DNA from: an uncultured Chloroflexia bacterium
GTDB lineage: Bacteria; Chloroflexota; Limnocylindria; Limnocylindrales; CSP1-4
DNA: 64,000 nucleotides
Direction: 5' to 3'
Assembly (NCBI GenBank): GCA_963712745.1
Contig: CAVQJC010000015.1
Location: 32,001-96,000 of the forward strand
Position 1 is the first letter of the stretch; each line of letters begins with the position of its first letter. The translations under genes were made by a program, and so were the position numbers. Below are positions 27,783 to 38,736 of this stretch, piece by piece. The notes below the pieces were generated by a model. The model was not told the DNA's origin. It did not search any database and worked only from the letters and a program-made list of their open reading frames with translations.

Positions 27783-29315
27783 TCAGGGATCGACAGGGGA
27801 CTCGGGCTCGCGGCTCGTCGACGGGCCCGGGCTGTCGGTCGGCTCCGGGCTGTCGGTCGGCTCCGGGCTTGGCGAAGGCTGGGGCGGGTCCTCGGTCGTC
27901 AAGACAGCCTGTAGCATCGGGCTGCCCAGGCGCGAGGCGCGTTTGCCATCCGGGTCCCGTGCGTCGAACAGGAGCGCCCACTCCCCTCCCGGCGCCGGGG
28001 CCGGGACATCGATACTGAGCACCGCGCTCTTTCCCGGCGGCAGCCGCGGGATGAGGACCGAACCCGCCGGGGTGCCCTTGTCGATCCGCCCCACGTACCA
28101 GTCCTCGGCCGGCTGGGTCCACACGCCGAGCCTCCAGTCGCGGAGTGCCGCGTTGCCCTGGTTTCGCACCTCGACCTGGAAGGTCGCCGTCTCTCCGGCC
28201 ACGATGGGACCGTCGGGAGCCGCCACGAGCTGGTAGCCCGGGTGCACGGCGCGGCGTTCGAGGTACTTGCCGATGGCGTCGTAGTAGGCGTCGGCCATGG
28301 CCGCGCGCACATTCGGGCGGCGCAGGAGCCTGAGCTCCCGCTCGTTCGAGAGGAACATGCCCTCGCTGAGCACGGCCGGCATCTGGGTCGGTCGTCGCAG
28401 GCGGGGCGGGTCGAAGCCTCGCAGCACGAAGTAGGGATAGATGAGCACACCGTGGTCGTGCGGCTCCCAAGTGCCCGGCACGGCCGCCCTCAGGGCCTTG
28501 ACCATGGCGCCCTGGATGATGCCCGCGAGTCGGGCTGAGCGGGCACTGAACGGGCGCTCGTCGTAGTAGAACGTGGAAGGCCCGCCCACCGAGGGGTTCA
28601 CCGCGATGTTGTTGTGGATCGAGATGTACAGGTCCGCCCTTGCCGGATTGGCCAGGTCCGGTCGAGCTGCCAGCTCGTCGGTCGAATCGACGATGCCGTC
28701 GCCGCTGCGGTCCTGGGGCGGCTCGTTGACGTGGTCGTCGGTGGTGCGGGTGATGACCACGTTGACCCCCGCACCCTCGAGCATGCGCGCCAGGCGCAGG
28801 CCGATGTCGAGGTTGATGTCGGCCTCGCGCGTGCCGTCGGCGCCGACCGCCCCGTCGTACGTGCCACCGTGGCCGGGATCGACCGCGACCGTGATGAAGT
28901 CGGGGCGCCGGGGGTAGATGGCACGGTCGGCGACGGTGACCCAGGCCTCGGAGCGCTCGGTGATGTCGCCCGCAGTCGCGCTGGCGACGATGCGATAGGC
29001 GCCGTCGGGAACCCGATCCCCGGACTTGTCACGCGCATGCCAGGAACGCTCGACCGCGCCGGCCGCGCGGCGGCCCTCGAACAGCTCCCGGACCAGGCGA
29101 CCGTCGAAGTCGGTCACCCGCAGGCGCAGGTCGGCCGGCTCGCGCAGTGTGACCACAGCTTCGATGGGATCGCCTTCACCGACCACGTACGGCGAGCCTC
29201 GCACCGTCAGGTCCACCAGGGGCCCGTCCTGGGCGGAGGACGTGACGACGGCCAGGGGCACGAGCAGAAGCCCGACGAACGCGGCGACCGTGAGACGGGG
29301 GGCGAGGGTGCGCAT
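27783..29315 (-). CDS. N-acetylmuramoyl-L-alanine amidase (Amidase_3) with FlgD-like and Ig-like accessory domains
   Basis: Signal peptide; VAVDPGHGG, EADINL, ISIHNN, PAVLSE; GDRVPDGAY FlgD-like motif. Confidence 0.9.
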   Translation of the reverse strand: MRTLAPRLTVAAFVGLLLVPLAVVTSSAQDGPLVDLTVRGSPYVVGEGDPIEAVVTLREPADLRLRVTDFDGRLVRELFEGRRAAGAVERSWHARDKSGDRVPDGAYRIVASATAGDITERSEAWVTVADRAIYPRRPDFITVAVDPGHGGTYDGAVGADGTREADINLDIGLRLARMLEGAGVNVVITRTTDDHVNEPPQDRSGDGIVDSTDELAARPDLANPARADLYISIHNNIAVNPSVGGPSTFYYDERPFSARSARLAGIIQGAMVKALRAAVPGTWEPHDHGVLIYPYFVLRGFDPPRLRRPTQMPAVLSEGMFLSNERELRLLRRPNVRAAMADAYYDAIGKYLERRAVHPGYQLVAAPDGPIVAGETATFQVEVRNQGNAALRDWRLGVWTQPAEDWYVGRIDKGTPAGSVLIPRLPPGKSAVLSIDVPAPAPGGEWALLFDARDPDGKRASRLGSPMLQAVLTTEDPPQPSPSPEPTDSPEPTDSPGPSTSREPESPVDP

Positions 29316-29420
29316 GCGTACAGGATGCCAGCGATCGCGGTGCCGGATGGCCCTACCGGCCCAAGGGCCTCGTGTCTATCATCAAGGCCTCGACTGCCGA
29401 GTACGACAGAGGAGGGTTCG

Positions 29421-29624
29421 ATGACCACCGCGACCGTTGGCGACCGCATCACCGTGGACTCGCAGAAGGCCGGCGAACCGCCGCGCCAGGGCACAGTCCT
29501 GGAGATCATCGAGCACGAGTACGGCACCAGCTACCGCGTAGCCTGGGATGACGGACACGAGTCGACCTTCCGGCCGACCGCCGGCACGCTTCACACCGAC
29601 GAAGCAGGCGAGGAGTCCGAATAG
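29421..29624 (+). CDS. DUF1918 domain protein
   Basis: ATVGDRITV...PPRQGTVLEI...YRVAWDDGHESTFRP; RBS GAGGAGG. Confidence 0.85.
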   Translation: MTTATVGDRITVDSQKAGEPPRQGTVLEIIEHEYGTSYRVAWDDGHESTFRPTAGTLHTDEAGEESE

Positions 29625-29631
29625 CCCATCT

Positions 29632-29692
29632 CGCCACGGGCTGGGGGCCGCGCCACGGGCTGGGGGCCGCGCCACGGGCTGGGGGCCGCGCC
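29632..29692. repeat. 19-bp tandem repeat CGCCACGGGCTGGGGGCCG, 3 copies
   Basis: Read directly from the sequence. Confidence 0.92.
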
Positions 29693-29922
29693 GGGCATAG
29701 GTCCGCGCCGCTCTGGTCTACTTGCCCGGTGACGAGATCGACGGCTCCGTCCTGCAGGACACCGTCGAGAGCACGTAACTGGTCTTCCACTCGCGCCTGC
29801 GCAACATCCAGCAAGCCTCCGCCTGTGAGTGCGATGCGTGCCAGCGAATCCCCTCACAGCCGGTCGGACGCTGATCCGGACGCTACGATCGAGGCAAGCG
29901 CACACCTGAGGAGGTTCGAGCT

Positions 29923-31116
29923 GTGAAGCAGCACAAGGTTTCCCTGCTGGGCACCGGGCTCATCGGTGACTTCTACACGATGACGCTGCACGGTCAGCGC
30001 AGTCGCGACCGAGTCCAGGTCGTCTACTCCCGCTCCGATGAGCGCGGCCAGGCCTTCAAGGCCCGCCACGGTGTGCCCGAGTCCACGACCGACATGATGG
30101 CCGCCATCGAGCACCCCGACACCGACACGGTCATCGTGGCCCTGCCCAACTTCCTGCATGAGGAAGCGGTGACGGCGGCGGCGAAAGCAGGCAAGGCCGT
30201 GCTCGTGACCAAGCCGCTCGGGCGCAATGCGGGCGAGGCCAAGCGCATGCTCCACGCGGTCGAGAAGGCCGGTGTCTTCCACGGCTACCTCGAGGATCTC
30301 GTGTACTCGCCCAAGTCGCTCAAGGCCATGAAGTCGGCGCAGGACGGGGCCCTCGGCGACGTCACCTGGGTCCGCGCACGCGAGGCACACCCCGGCCCGC
30401 ACTCGGCCTGGTTCTGGGACCACCGACTCACCGGCGGCGGCGCCATCATCGACCTCGGCTGCCACTGCATCGAGATCGGTCGTGTCTTCGTGGGCAAGGA
30501 CAACCGTCCGCTGGAGGTCATGTGCCAGACGGATACGCTGGTCCACCCCATCGATGCCGAGGACAACGCCATCGCCTTGGTGCGCTACGAGTCGGGTGCC
30601 ATCGGCCAGTTCGAGGTGAGCTGGACGTTCCGTGGCGGCATGGATCTGCGGACCGAGGTGGCCGGCACCGGGGGGACCGTCTGGATCAACAACTTCCTGC
30701 GCACCGGCTTCGAGATGTTCACGGCCGGTGAGGGCGAGAAGGGCTACGTGGCCGAGAAGGCCGAGACCGACGCAGGCTGGCTGTTCCCAGTCGGGGACGA
30801 GGTGTCCGAGCTGGGTTACACCGACATGTTCAGCGACATGTTCGACGCCATGGACGAGGGCCGCGAGCCGATGGAGACCTTGTACGACGGCTACGTCGTC
30901 AACGCCATCATGGACGCCTGCTACCGCTCCGCGGGAAGCCGGGCCTGGGAGCCGGTCGAACTCGACTGGCGCGGCGGCAAGACCGAGCCGATCGCCAAGG
31001 AGCCCGAGATGTACGAGGGCCTCGTGGTCATCAAGCGCGAGCTGCTGCCCGACGGGCGCTCCAAGCTCATCCTCAAGGACCCCAAGAGCGGCGACTTCAG
31101 CGACCGCGTGGCGTAG
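29923..31116 (+). CDS. Gfo/Idh/MocA family oxidoreductase
   Basis: [32 protein letters not shown]. Confidence 0.92.
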   Translation: MKQHKVSLLGTGLIGDFYTMTLHGQRSRDRVQVVYSRSDERGQAFKARHGVPESTTDMMAAIEHPDTDTVIVALPNFLHEEAVTAAAKAGKAVLVTKPLGRNAGEAKRMLHAVEKAGVFHGYLEDLVYSPKSLKAMKSAQDGALGDVTWVRAREAHPGPHSAWFWDHRLTGGGAIIDLGCHCIEIGRVFVGKDNRPLEVMCQTDTLVHPIDAEDNAIALVRYESGAIGQFEVSWTFRGGMDLRTEVAGTGGTVWINNFLRTGFEMFTAGEGEKGYVAEKAETDAGWLFPVGDEVSELGYTDMFSDMFDAMDEGREPMETLYDGYVVNAIMDACYRSAGSRAWEPVELDWRGGKTEPIAKEPEMYEGLVVIKRELLPDGRSKLILKDPKSGDFSDRVA

Positions 31117-31146
31117 GTCCTCGTCCCGGCCGTCGTGCCACTCCAT

Positions 31147-31177
31147 GGAACCATCTGGGCCCTAGGTCGGGGTCATA
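31147..31177 (+). promoter_or_regulatory. Putative ECF promoter GGAACC-N16-GGGGTCATA
   Basis: Upstream of the second ECF gene; similar motif at 33164-33194. Confidence 0.6.
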
Positions 31178-31239
31178 CCCTATAGAGGCACCCCATCCGA
31201 TGGTGCCTGCGCCGCAGGCCACGGGCGGCGGTGAGGGTG

Positions 31240-31791
31240 ATGGACGCAGAGCTGGTCGTTCGCGCGCAGGAAGGTGACGAGGCAGCGTTCGCTGCCATCA
31301 CCTCAGCCGTGTACGGGCATCTCCAGCAGGTCGCCTACCGTGTGTTGCGTGACCCACAGCTGGCCGAGGATGCAACCCAGCTGGCGCTCGTGCGCATCTG
31401 GCGCAAGCTGCCGCGGCTGCGCGATCCAGCCAGCTTCGAGGCATGGTGCTATCGCTTCCTCGTCAACGCCTGTGCGGACGAGGCCCGGCAGTCCCACCGG
31501 CAGCTGCCGCACTCGCTGACGACGGTGGAGCCCACGACACCCGACGAGATGGGGCGGATCGACGACCGGGATCTCCTGGAGCGGGCCTTCGGACGGCTCT
31601 CGGTCGACCACCGGGCAGTCATCGTGCTACATCACTACCTCGACCTCACGCTCGAGTCCACGGCCGAGGCACTGGGCATCTCCGTGGGCACGGCCAAGTC
31701 CCGTCTCAACCGCGGCATGAGCAGGCTTCGCATGGCCATGGGCGTGGACGTCCCCGACCGCACTCGCGCTCCGGAGGGAGTGACGAGATGA
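31240..31791 (+). CDS. ECF RNA polymerase sigma factor (paralog of 13927)
   Basis: LVVRAQEGDEAAF, AEDATQ, LPRLRDP, ISVGTAKSRLNRG. Confidence 0.95.
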   Translation: MDAELVVRAQEGDEAAFAAITSAVYGHLQQVAYRVLRDPQLAEDATQLALVRIWRKLPRLRDPASFEAWCYRFLVNACADEARQSHRQLPHSLTTVEPTTPDEMGRIDDRDLLERAFGRLSVDHRAVIVLHHYLDLTLESTAEALGISVGTAKSRLNRGMSRLRMAMGVDVPDRTRAPEGVTR

Positions 31792-33134
31792 ACGGCTCGA
31801 ACGACATCACGCCGAAGCTGCGCTCCTGGCTCAAGGAGCCGGTGACACTGCGCGAGGACGGCGTGGACAAGGTTCTCGAGCTGGTGCACGAGACACGACA
31901 GCGGCGCGGCTGGTTGTCCCCGCTTCCGGAGGGCCGGCTGGGGCGTGTGCTGGTCTTCGCAGGAGGCGCCGCCACCGGGCTGGTCGCGGTCCTCCTCGGC
32001 GGGCTGCTGCTGCTGGCGCTCAGCACCAGTCCCGAGCCAGGGCAGGCACCAGGTGTCGCACCCTCCTCGCCCTCGCCCTCGGTCGAACCGTCGCGGGCGC
32101 CGCCGGACTGGCCCGGTGTAGCCTTCGAACCCGTGGCCGACGCGTGCGCCGACCGCTGCGACTGGGTCGACGGCGGAGTCTGGGAGGTCAGCGCCGACCA
32201 TCACGGCGACTTCGGCAGCACCCAGGCCATCGCCTTCGGCCCCGATGGTGCGCCATGGTTCCTGAGCGACGACACGCTGTGGCAGCTCGGCGTACCCGAG
32301 GTGAGCGCACTGCCCGGGACCTCGCGGGAAGACGACCAGGTCAGCGATCTGGCGGTCGCTGACGACGGCACCCTGTGGGTCGCCAGCGACTTCGGGCTCC
32401 ACTCGTTCGACGGCAGGACATGGACGGAGCACTGGACCGGTGCAAGGCTCACGGATGTCGATGTCACCTCCAACGGCGAGGTCATCGCCGTGGGTGGTGG
32501 GCGGGTCTCCGGCCTCGAAGAGGCCGAGACACATCCCATCGTCGCCATACGCTTCGACGGGGAAGAGGCGGGCATCCTTGGGGTAGACGTCCTGCCCGAA
32601 CGGGTCTGGCCGATGAGTGTCGCGGCCACATCCGACGGTCAGCTGTGGGTGAGCGCGGTCGAGTCTGGCTACGTACCTACGGCTGAGGGAGAGAGCCTCG
32701 TCGCCCACTTCGACGGCCAGGTCTGGGAGACGGTGCGACCGCTGGGACCGGACGTGGACGTCGCTGCCTGGTCGCTGGCACCCGGACCCGATGGCACGCT
32801 CTGGGCATCCCTCTTGGGCCTCCCCGCCGGTGGCCGGTTCGAGTCGTACCTGGCCAACAACGACGGCGGGGACTGGACGCTGCATGAGACCGAGGAGTTG
32901 GACGCGCTGAACCTGCGCGTCGGGCCTGGCGGCGAGGTCTGGTTCGCCGGCGGCGACACGGAAGACGGCGCCCCGGGAGGGGTCGTGGTCTTCGATGGGC
33001 AGGCCTGGACGCGATACCTCGAAGGCGAGTGGATCGGCCCGCTGGCCGTCGCCCCGGATGGCACGGCCTTCGTGGCCACGATCCCCGGCTTCGACGAGGA
33101 CGGGCGACTCTTCGCCATCCGTCCATCGGGCTAG
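31788..33134 (+). CDS. Putative anti-sigma factor with extracellular beta-propeller repeats
   Basis: ATGA overlap with the sigma gene; LRSWL...VHETRQRR; one TM; repeated AVAxDGTLWV / FDGxxW units. Confidence 0.8.
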   Translation: MNGSNDITPKLRSWLKEPVTLREDGVDKVLELVHETRQRRGWLSPLPEGRLGRVLVFAGGAATGLVAVLLGGLLLLALSTSPEPGQAPGVAPSSPSPSVEPSRAPPDWPGVAFEPVADACADRCDWVDGGVWEVSADHHGDFGSTQAIAFGPDGAPWFLSDDTLWQLGVPEVSALPGTSREDDQVSDLAVADDGTLWVASDFGLHSFDGRTWTEHWTGARLTDVDVTSNGEVIAVGGGRVSGLEEAETHPIVAIRFDGEEAGILGVDVLPERVWPMSVAATSDGQLWVSAVESGYVPTAEGESLVAHFDGQVWETVRPLGPDVDVAAWSLAPGPDGTLWASLLGLPAGGRFESYLANNDGGDWTLHETEELDALNLRVGPGGEVWFAGGDTEDGAPGGVVVFDGQAWTRYLEGEWIGPLAVAPDGTAFVATIPGFDEDGRLFAIRPSG

Positions 33135-33163
33135 CCGATCCTGGGAGCCCGCCGCCGAATGCG

Positions 33164-33194
33164 GGAACCATTCGACACCTGCCGGGCGGTCTAC
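33164..33194 (+). promoter_or_regulatory. Putative ECF promoter GGAACC-N16-GCGGTCTAC
   Basis: Matches the 31147 motif (GGAACCAT...GSGGTC). Confidence 0.55.
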
Positions 33195-33292
33195 ATGGGT
33201 GCGGGGGGCGATGAGGCGCGGCCCGAGTACGTTGGCCGCCTGGGACGTGCCGAGCCACTGGCGGACCCGACCCGCACCTTGGGAGAGGAGCC

Positions 33293-33829
33293 ATGCACAG
33301 GTTTCGGATGTTCCTGACCACCATCGTGGCGTCGGTGCTGTTCGGCGCCGCGACCGCGTCGGGCGCCATGGCCCAGGAGGAGGGGCCGCCGATGCCGCCA
33401 CCGGGCGACCCGTTCGCCGGGGTCCTGAGCGGCAGTGCGTCGTTCACACCGAACGACGAATGCCCGCTCGGTGTGAAGACGGTCGTCGACTCGGCCGGCG
33501 TGACGACGATCGGTGAAGTCAGCATGCACGCTGAGCACTGCGCGACGCTCGGCGCCCCGACGGTATCCGACGGCGAGGTGACCCTGACCGTCGATGGTGA
33601 TGACCAGATCAGCGGGTCCTACTTCATCGACTGCGACCCGCCGCTACCGACCGTCCCGGAAGGCGAGCTCATCACCTGCCCGGGCCGCTTCGTGTTCACC
33701 GCGGGCACAGGCGTCTTCAGCGAGGTAGCAGGCACCGCCCATACCAGCAGCTACGTATGGTTCCCCGGGACGCTCGAAGCGCAGGAGTGGCCCTGGATCG
33801 CGGAGCTGCACGGCAGCATCAGCTACTGA
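33293..33829 (+). CDS. Secreted beta-rich hypothetical protein (dirigent/allene-oxide-cyclase-like GTGxF motif)
   Basis: Signal peptide, RBS GAGGAG, FTAGTGVFSEVAG, four Cys. Confidence 0.7.
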   Translation: MHRFRMFLTTIVASVLFGAATASGAMAQEEGPPMPPPGDPFAGVLSGSASFTPNDECPLGVKTVVDSAGVTTIGEVSMHAEHCATLGAPTVSDGEVTLTVDGDDQISGSYFIDCDPPLPTVPEGELITCPGRFVFTAGTGVFSEVAGTAHTSSYVWFPGTLEAQEWPWIAELHGSISY

Positions 33830-33906
33830 GGAAGCGTCAAGGACCGACCCCGTGAGCCAGTCGTCACAGGCCCGTCGCAGTCGTTAATGGCGGTCCGGTG
33901 GGTGGT

Positions 33907-35022
33907 CTAGGGCAGGCTGGTGACGATCGGCTCCACGTCATCGATGGTGGTGATCACGAACCAGACGACATCGCCGCTGGAGAAGATCCAGGCCGCCCGG
34001 TCGTCACCGAGGTCCAGGCGCATGACCTGGCGGTCGCCGACTGTCTGCTCGGCCGTCGCGGAGGTCTCGGCCATCGGCAGGAGAAGCCGGGTGAGGGCGT
34101 CGCGCGCCTGCTCGCCCGGCACGCCCGGGATCGACGCGGCCACGACGTTCACGAAGTCGCTGCTATCGCCACCGCTGCCCTGGGCGACGGTGAGCAGCTC
34201 CAGGTCGGCCTCGTTGGCCTCGGCCAGGTCCTGCAGCTCGGCCAGGATGTCCCGGTCGAGCTGGCCCCCGACCTGCTCCAATGTGAAGGTCGCCTTCTGC
34301 AGGTCGTAGCCGGCAGCGGTGTCGGGCAAGAGGGCGCCGAGCTCTTCGGCCGCCAGCTCGGCCGGGCTGGGCGGCGGTGGTGTGGGCTCAGGGGGTAGCT
34401 CGACCTGCTCCACAGACGTCTCGAGGATGAGGATCGGGTCGTCGATCCGGTCGGAAGGTTCGCGGGCCTCGACGATGGCATCCACGACGTCCATGCCCTC
34501 GACGACACGCCCGAAGATGGTGTACGTGCGATACGCCTCAAGCGCTCGCTCGGCTTCGTCGTCACGGATGATGAAGAACTGGCTGCCCGCCGAGTCCGGC
34601 GCCTGGCTGCGGGCCATGGCCACGACGCCGCGGCCGTACCGCCCCACGACCTCTTCGTCCTTGATGGTGTAGCCGGGGCCGCCGGTACCGTTGCCCTCGG
34701 GGTCGCCCCCCTGGAGCACGAAGCCCGGCAAGGATGCGACGCGATGAAAGCCGAGGCCGTCGTAGAAGCCCTCGTCGGCAAGGTTGAGGAAGTTCTCCGA
34801 GGCCACCGGGGCTGACTCGTTGAAGAGGCCGATGACCACGTCACCGAGCTCGGTCGTCAAACGCACGGCCGTACCGTCGCCGGCCGGCGTATCGAGGGGC
34901 ACAGGATTGGGAGTGGCGTCAGGCGGGCCGTGCGGGCGCTCGTCCTGGGCCAGGACCGGCAGCGCGGTGGCAATGACCATGGCGATGGCAGCCGCAGCAG
35001 CCAGCAGGCGATGTCGAGGCAT
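33907..35022 (-). CDS. Secreted cyclophilin-type peptidyl-prolyl isomerase with a C-terminal extra domain
   Basis: GFYDGLGFHRV, LQGGDPEGNGTGGPGY, AMAR, SAGSQFFI, YTIFGRV. Confidence 0.93.
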   Translation of the reverse strand: MPRHRLLAAAAAIAMVIATALPVLAQDERPHGPPDATPNPVPLDTPAGDGTAVRLTTELGDVVIGLFNESAPVASENFLNLADEGFYDGLGFHRVASLPGFVLQGGDPEGNGTGGPGYTIKDEEVVGRYGRGVVAMARSQAPDSAGSQFFIIRDDEAERALEAYRTYTIFGRVVEGMDVVDAIVEAREPSDRIDDPILILETSVEQVELPPEPTPPPPSPAELAAEELGALLPDTAAGYDLQKATFTLEQVGGQLDRDILAELQDLAEANEADLELLTVAQGSGGDSSDFVNVVAASIPGVPGEQARDALTRLLLPMAETSATAEQTVGDRQVMRLDLGDDRAAWIFSSGDVVWFVITTIDDVEPIVTSLP

Positions 35023-35155
35023 GAGGCTCCTTGGAAGGTCGATGGTGCGACCCCTGTGGGTCCGAGTGAGCATAGGCCAGCCTCGCATTCAGGGCCGTGA
35101 GCGGGCTCCCTCGGTAGGGCATGCTTGGCCGACCGCGAGGACGTGAGGGACTGTC

Positions 35156-36013
35156 ATGACAGATGCGCTGACGCTGCGCCTGATGAACCGAGATGAGGCT
35201 GCCCGGCTGGTGGACTGGGCCGCTGACGAGGGCTGGAACCCCGGCCTCGGCGATGCCGACCTCTTCTGGCAGACCGACCCCGAGGCGTTCGTCGCGGGGG
35301 AGGTCGGCGGTGAGCTGGTCGGCGGCGGCGCCATCACCAGCTACGAGGGCAGGTTCGGGTTCATGGGTCTCTTCATCGTGCGTCCTGAGTTCCGTATGCG
35401 GGGTCTTGGCAGCCGCCTGTGGAAGGCGCGCGTGCGACTGCTGCAGGGACGGCTGGAGCCGGGCGCGGCCATCGGCATGGATGGCGTGTTCGAGATGCAG
35501 GACTGGTACGCGAAGGGAGGGTTCGCGTTCTCACATCGCTCCCTCCGCTACGAGGGCCGGGGCGAAGGGGTCCAGCGTGCGGCCGGGATCGTGGCCGCGG
35601 GTGAGGTGCCGTTCGAGAAGCTCGCGGCGTACGACCGGCGCTGTTTCCCGGCACGTCGCGAGCGCTTCCTGCGTGCCTGGATCGAACAGCCAGACGGCCT
35701 GGCCCTGGCGGCCACCGAGGACGGGCTGCTTCGCGGTTTCGGAGTCATCCGTCGCTGCAGAGTGGGTGCGAAGATAGGGCCGCTCTTCGCCGACGACCCC
35801 GCCACCGCGGAGTCGCTGTATGCCTCGCTGGCAGCATTCGTGCCGGACGAGCCTGTCTTCATCGATGTGCCCGAGGTCAATGCCTGGGCCATGGCGCTGG
35901 CACGGAGGCACCAGATGCGGGAGGTCTTCGGTTGCGCGCGCATGTACCTGGGCCCGGCACCACGGCCGGAGGAGTCGCGCATCTACGGCAGCACCACGTT
36001 CGAGCTGGGATAG
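35156..36013 (+). CDS. GNAT N-acetyltransferase (YitH-like two-domain)
   Basis: EGWNPG, FIVRPEFRMRGLG, KIGPLFAD, FIDVPEVN, TTFELG. Confidence 0.9.
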   Translation: MTDALTLRLMNRDEAARLVDWAADEGWNPGLGDADLFWQTDPEAFVAGEVGGELVGGGAITSYEGRFGFMGLFIVRPEFRMRGLGSRLWKARVRLLQGRLEPGAAIGMDGVFEMQDWYAKGGFAFSHRSLRYEGRGEGVQRAAGIVAAGEVPFEKLAAYDRRCFPARRERFLRAWIEQPDGLALAATEDGLLRGFGVIRRCRVGAKIGPLFADDPATAESLYASLAAFVPDEPVFIDVPEVNAWAMALARRHQMREVFGCARMYLGPAPRPEESRIYGSTTFELG

Positions 36014-36145
36014 CAGTCGGCGGGTCAGTCGAGGATCCGGACGGCCACGCCCTGCCTTGTCGATGGTCGTCCTCCTACCACGACCCTGCCATCGCCACGG
36101 TAGTTCTCCTGGGCCGGCTACCGTCCTTTGTTGGCTGGTCGGCCT

Positions 36146-36170
36146 ACTTTGGCAGTTGACGGACTAAAGT
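36146..36170. promoter_or_regulatory. ROK/XylR-type 25-bp operator ACTTT-N15-AAAGT adjoining a -10 TATGCT
   Basis: TACTTT...AAAGTA inverted ends directly upstream of the ROK repressor gene. Confidence 0.6.
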
Positions 36171-36181
36171 ATGCTGTGGGC

Positions 36182-37442
36182 GTGCCAAAGCATCGCCCGG
36201 TTCCCGGAGAGTCGCTTGACGCCATCGTGGCCATCCTTGAGCTGGTCCGCCGTGGCCGGGCCCACTCGCGGTCCGAGCTCGTGGAGCGCTCCGGGCTGAC
36301 ACGCGCGATCGTCGCTCAGCGGGTGAACGAGCTACTGGCACGTGGCTTCCTCGTCGAGACGGTCGCGCCCAGCACCGGCGGTCGACCGCCGCGCCGGCTC
36401 GAGTTCAGGGCCGCCGCAGGCCATCTGCTGGTTGCCGACGTCGGCGCCACCAGCATCGATGTGGCACTGGCCGACGCAGCCGGGCGGATCCTGGCGCGGC
36501 TCGGCGAAACCGCAGACGTTGGGGCGGGCCCTGACGTCATCCTCGGCCGCATCGACACCATGTTCGAGCAGGTGCTCGTCGACCACCAGCCCCCGGGCGA
36601 GCTGTGGGGCATCGGCATCGGCGTGCCGGGCCCGGTGGAGTTCCGCACGGGTCACCCCATCTCGCCGCCCATCATGCCCGGCTGGGAAGGCTTTCCGGTG
36701 CGCGACCACTTCGTCGAGCGCTACAGCGTCCCGGTCTGGGTCGACAACGACGTGAACATCATGGCCCTGGGCGAGTGGCGCGAAGGGGTGGCCCGAGGCC
36801 ATGACAACTTCATCTTCGTGAAGGTCGGCACGGGCATCGGTTCGGGCATCGTCAGCAACGGCCACATCCACCGTGGGGCCCAGGGCAGCGCAGGCGATAT
36901 CGGTCATATCCAGGTCCTGGGCGAGACGCGCCAGGTCTGCCGCTGCGGCAAGGTCGGCTGCCTGGAGGCACTCGCCGGTGGTGCAGCCCTGGCCCGGGAA
37001 GGCACGGACCTGGCCACGAGCGGATCGAGCGAGCGTCTTGGGTCCATCGTCGCCGAGCACGGCCGGGTCACCGCGCAGGACGTCGTCCGTGCCGCCCGCA
37101 TCGGGGACGCAGCGGCATTGAAGCTGATCGACCAGAGCGCCACGCTCGTCGGCCAGGTCCTCGCAGGCGTTGCCAACTTCTTCAACCCATCGCTCATCGT
37201 CATCGGCGGCGGCGTGGCCCATGCGGGCGACGCCTACCTCGCCACCATCCGCCAGGTCGATCTACGCCCGCAGCACCGCCCTGGCCACGCGCGAGCTGTT
37301 GGTACAGCTCTCGCGTACGGGCAGTCGCGCCGGCGTCATCGGGGCCGCCAGCATGGTCCTCGACGAACTCTTCCGCGAGGAGGAGCTGGCACGCTGGATC
37401 GACAGTGGCCGGCCCATACCCATGGACGGAGCGGCAGCGTGA
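36182..37442 (+). CDS. ROK family transcriptional repressor (apparent +1 frameshift near 37259)
   Basis: N-terminal HTH, STGGRPP, GIGVPGPV, DNDVN, GDIGH, CRCGKVGCLEA; the tail AGVIGAA is in the next frame. Confidence 0.9.
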
Positions 37443-37535
37443 CCTCGTTTGACCGCATCGGTCTGCATCAGTACATTGGACGGAGGTCATCTAGCCGTCT
37501 AGATGGCCTCGTCGTTTCCTGAGGAGGAGGGATCA

Positions 37536-38690
37536 GTGGAACGCTTCAGCGAGATCGGCGCGGCCGTCATCGGCAGCGGGTTCATCGGCACCGTGCACAT
37601 CGAGGCCCTGCGCCGATTGGGCGTGAACGTGCGCGGCGTCATCGACGCCACGCCGGAGCTGGCCCAGGGTGCGGCCGACCGGCTGGGCCTGCCCGTGGCC
37701 TACCCCGACCTCGACACGGCCCTGGCCGATGCGGACGTCGACATCATCCACGTCACCTCCCCCAACCAGTTCCACTACCCCCAGGTCAAGGCCATCCTGG
37801 CCGCCGGCAAGCACGTTGTCTGCGAGAAGCCGCTGGCCGTCACCTCCGACGAGTCACGCGAGCTGGTGGGCCTGGCCAAGGCGTCCGATCGCATCAGCGC
37901 GGTCAACTTCAACATCCGCTTCTACCCCTTGAACCAGCACGCGCGGCGCATGCTCGCGAACGGCGAGCTGGGAGACGTCCGACTCATCACCGGCCACTAC
38001 TTCCAGGATTGGCTGCTGCTTGACACGGACTGGAACTGGCGCCTGGAGCCCGACAAGGGCGGCACCCTGCGCGCGGTCGGCGACATCGGCAGCCACTGGA
38101 TCGATCTCACCAACTTCATCACCGGCCTCCGTGTGCAGTCGGTCATGGCCGACCTGTCCACCTTCGTGAAGGTGCGTCAGAAGCCGGTCGGCGAGGTCCA
38201 GACCTTCAGCCAGGAGCGCGCGGCCGATACCGAGCCGGTGGAGATGACCACCGACGACGCCGCGGTCATCCTGCTGCGCTACGCGAACGGCGCCCGCGGC
38301 ACTGTCGCCATCAGCCAGGTCAGCGCCGGACGCAAGAACTCCGTGCAGTGGGAGGTCGACGGCGCGGCCGCGGCCGCGGCCTGGGACTCGGAGACCCCCG
38401 ACCATCTCTGGATCGGCCACCGCGGCCGTCCCAACGAGATCCTGCAGCGCGGCGCGGAGCTCATGAACGAGACCGGCATCGCCGCCACGGCTCTGCCCGG
38501 TGGCCACGTCGAGGGCTTCGCCGACAGCATGCTCTCGCACTTCCGCGAGATCTATCGCACCGTCCTGGCCGGGGCCGTCCCGCCCGATCCGCTCTACGCC
38601 ACGTTCGAAGCCGGCCACCACGAGATGACGGTCGGCGACGCGGTGATGCGCAGCGCTGCCGAGGAGCGCTGGGTGGACGTCGCAGACTGA
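37536..38690 (+). CDS. Gfo/Idh/MocA family oxidoreductase
   Basis: VIGSGFIG, GKHVVCEKPLA, DIGSHWID. Confidence 0.93.
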   Translation: MERFSEIGAAVIGSGFIGTVHIEALRRLGVNVRGVIDATPELAQGAADRLGLPVAYPDLDTALADADVDIIHVTSPNQFHYPQVKAILAAGKHVVCEKPLAVTSDESRELVGLAKASDRISAVNFNIRFYPLNQHARRMLANGELGDVRLITGHYFQDWLLLDTDWNWRLEPDKGGTLRAVGDIGSHWIDLTNFITGLRVQSVMADLSTFVKVRQKPVGEVQTFSQERAADTEPVEMTTDDAAVILLRYANGARGTVAISQVSAGRKNSVQWEVDGAAAAAAWDSETPDHLWIGHRGRPNEILQRGAELMNETGIAATALPGGHVEGFADSMLSHFREIYRTVLAGAVPPDPLYATFEAGHHEMTVGDAVMRSAAEERWVDVAD

Positions 38691-38736
38691 GACCGACCAG
38701 CAACTTCGTTAGCACAGCCACACACGAGGAGGAGAC

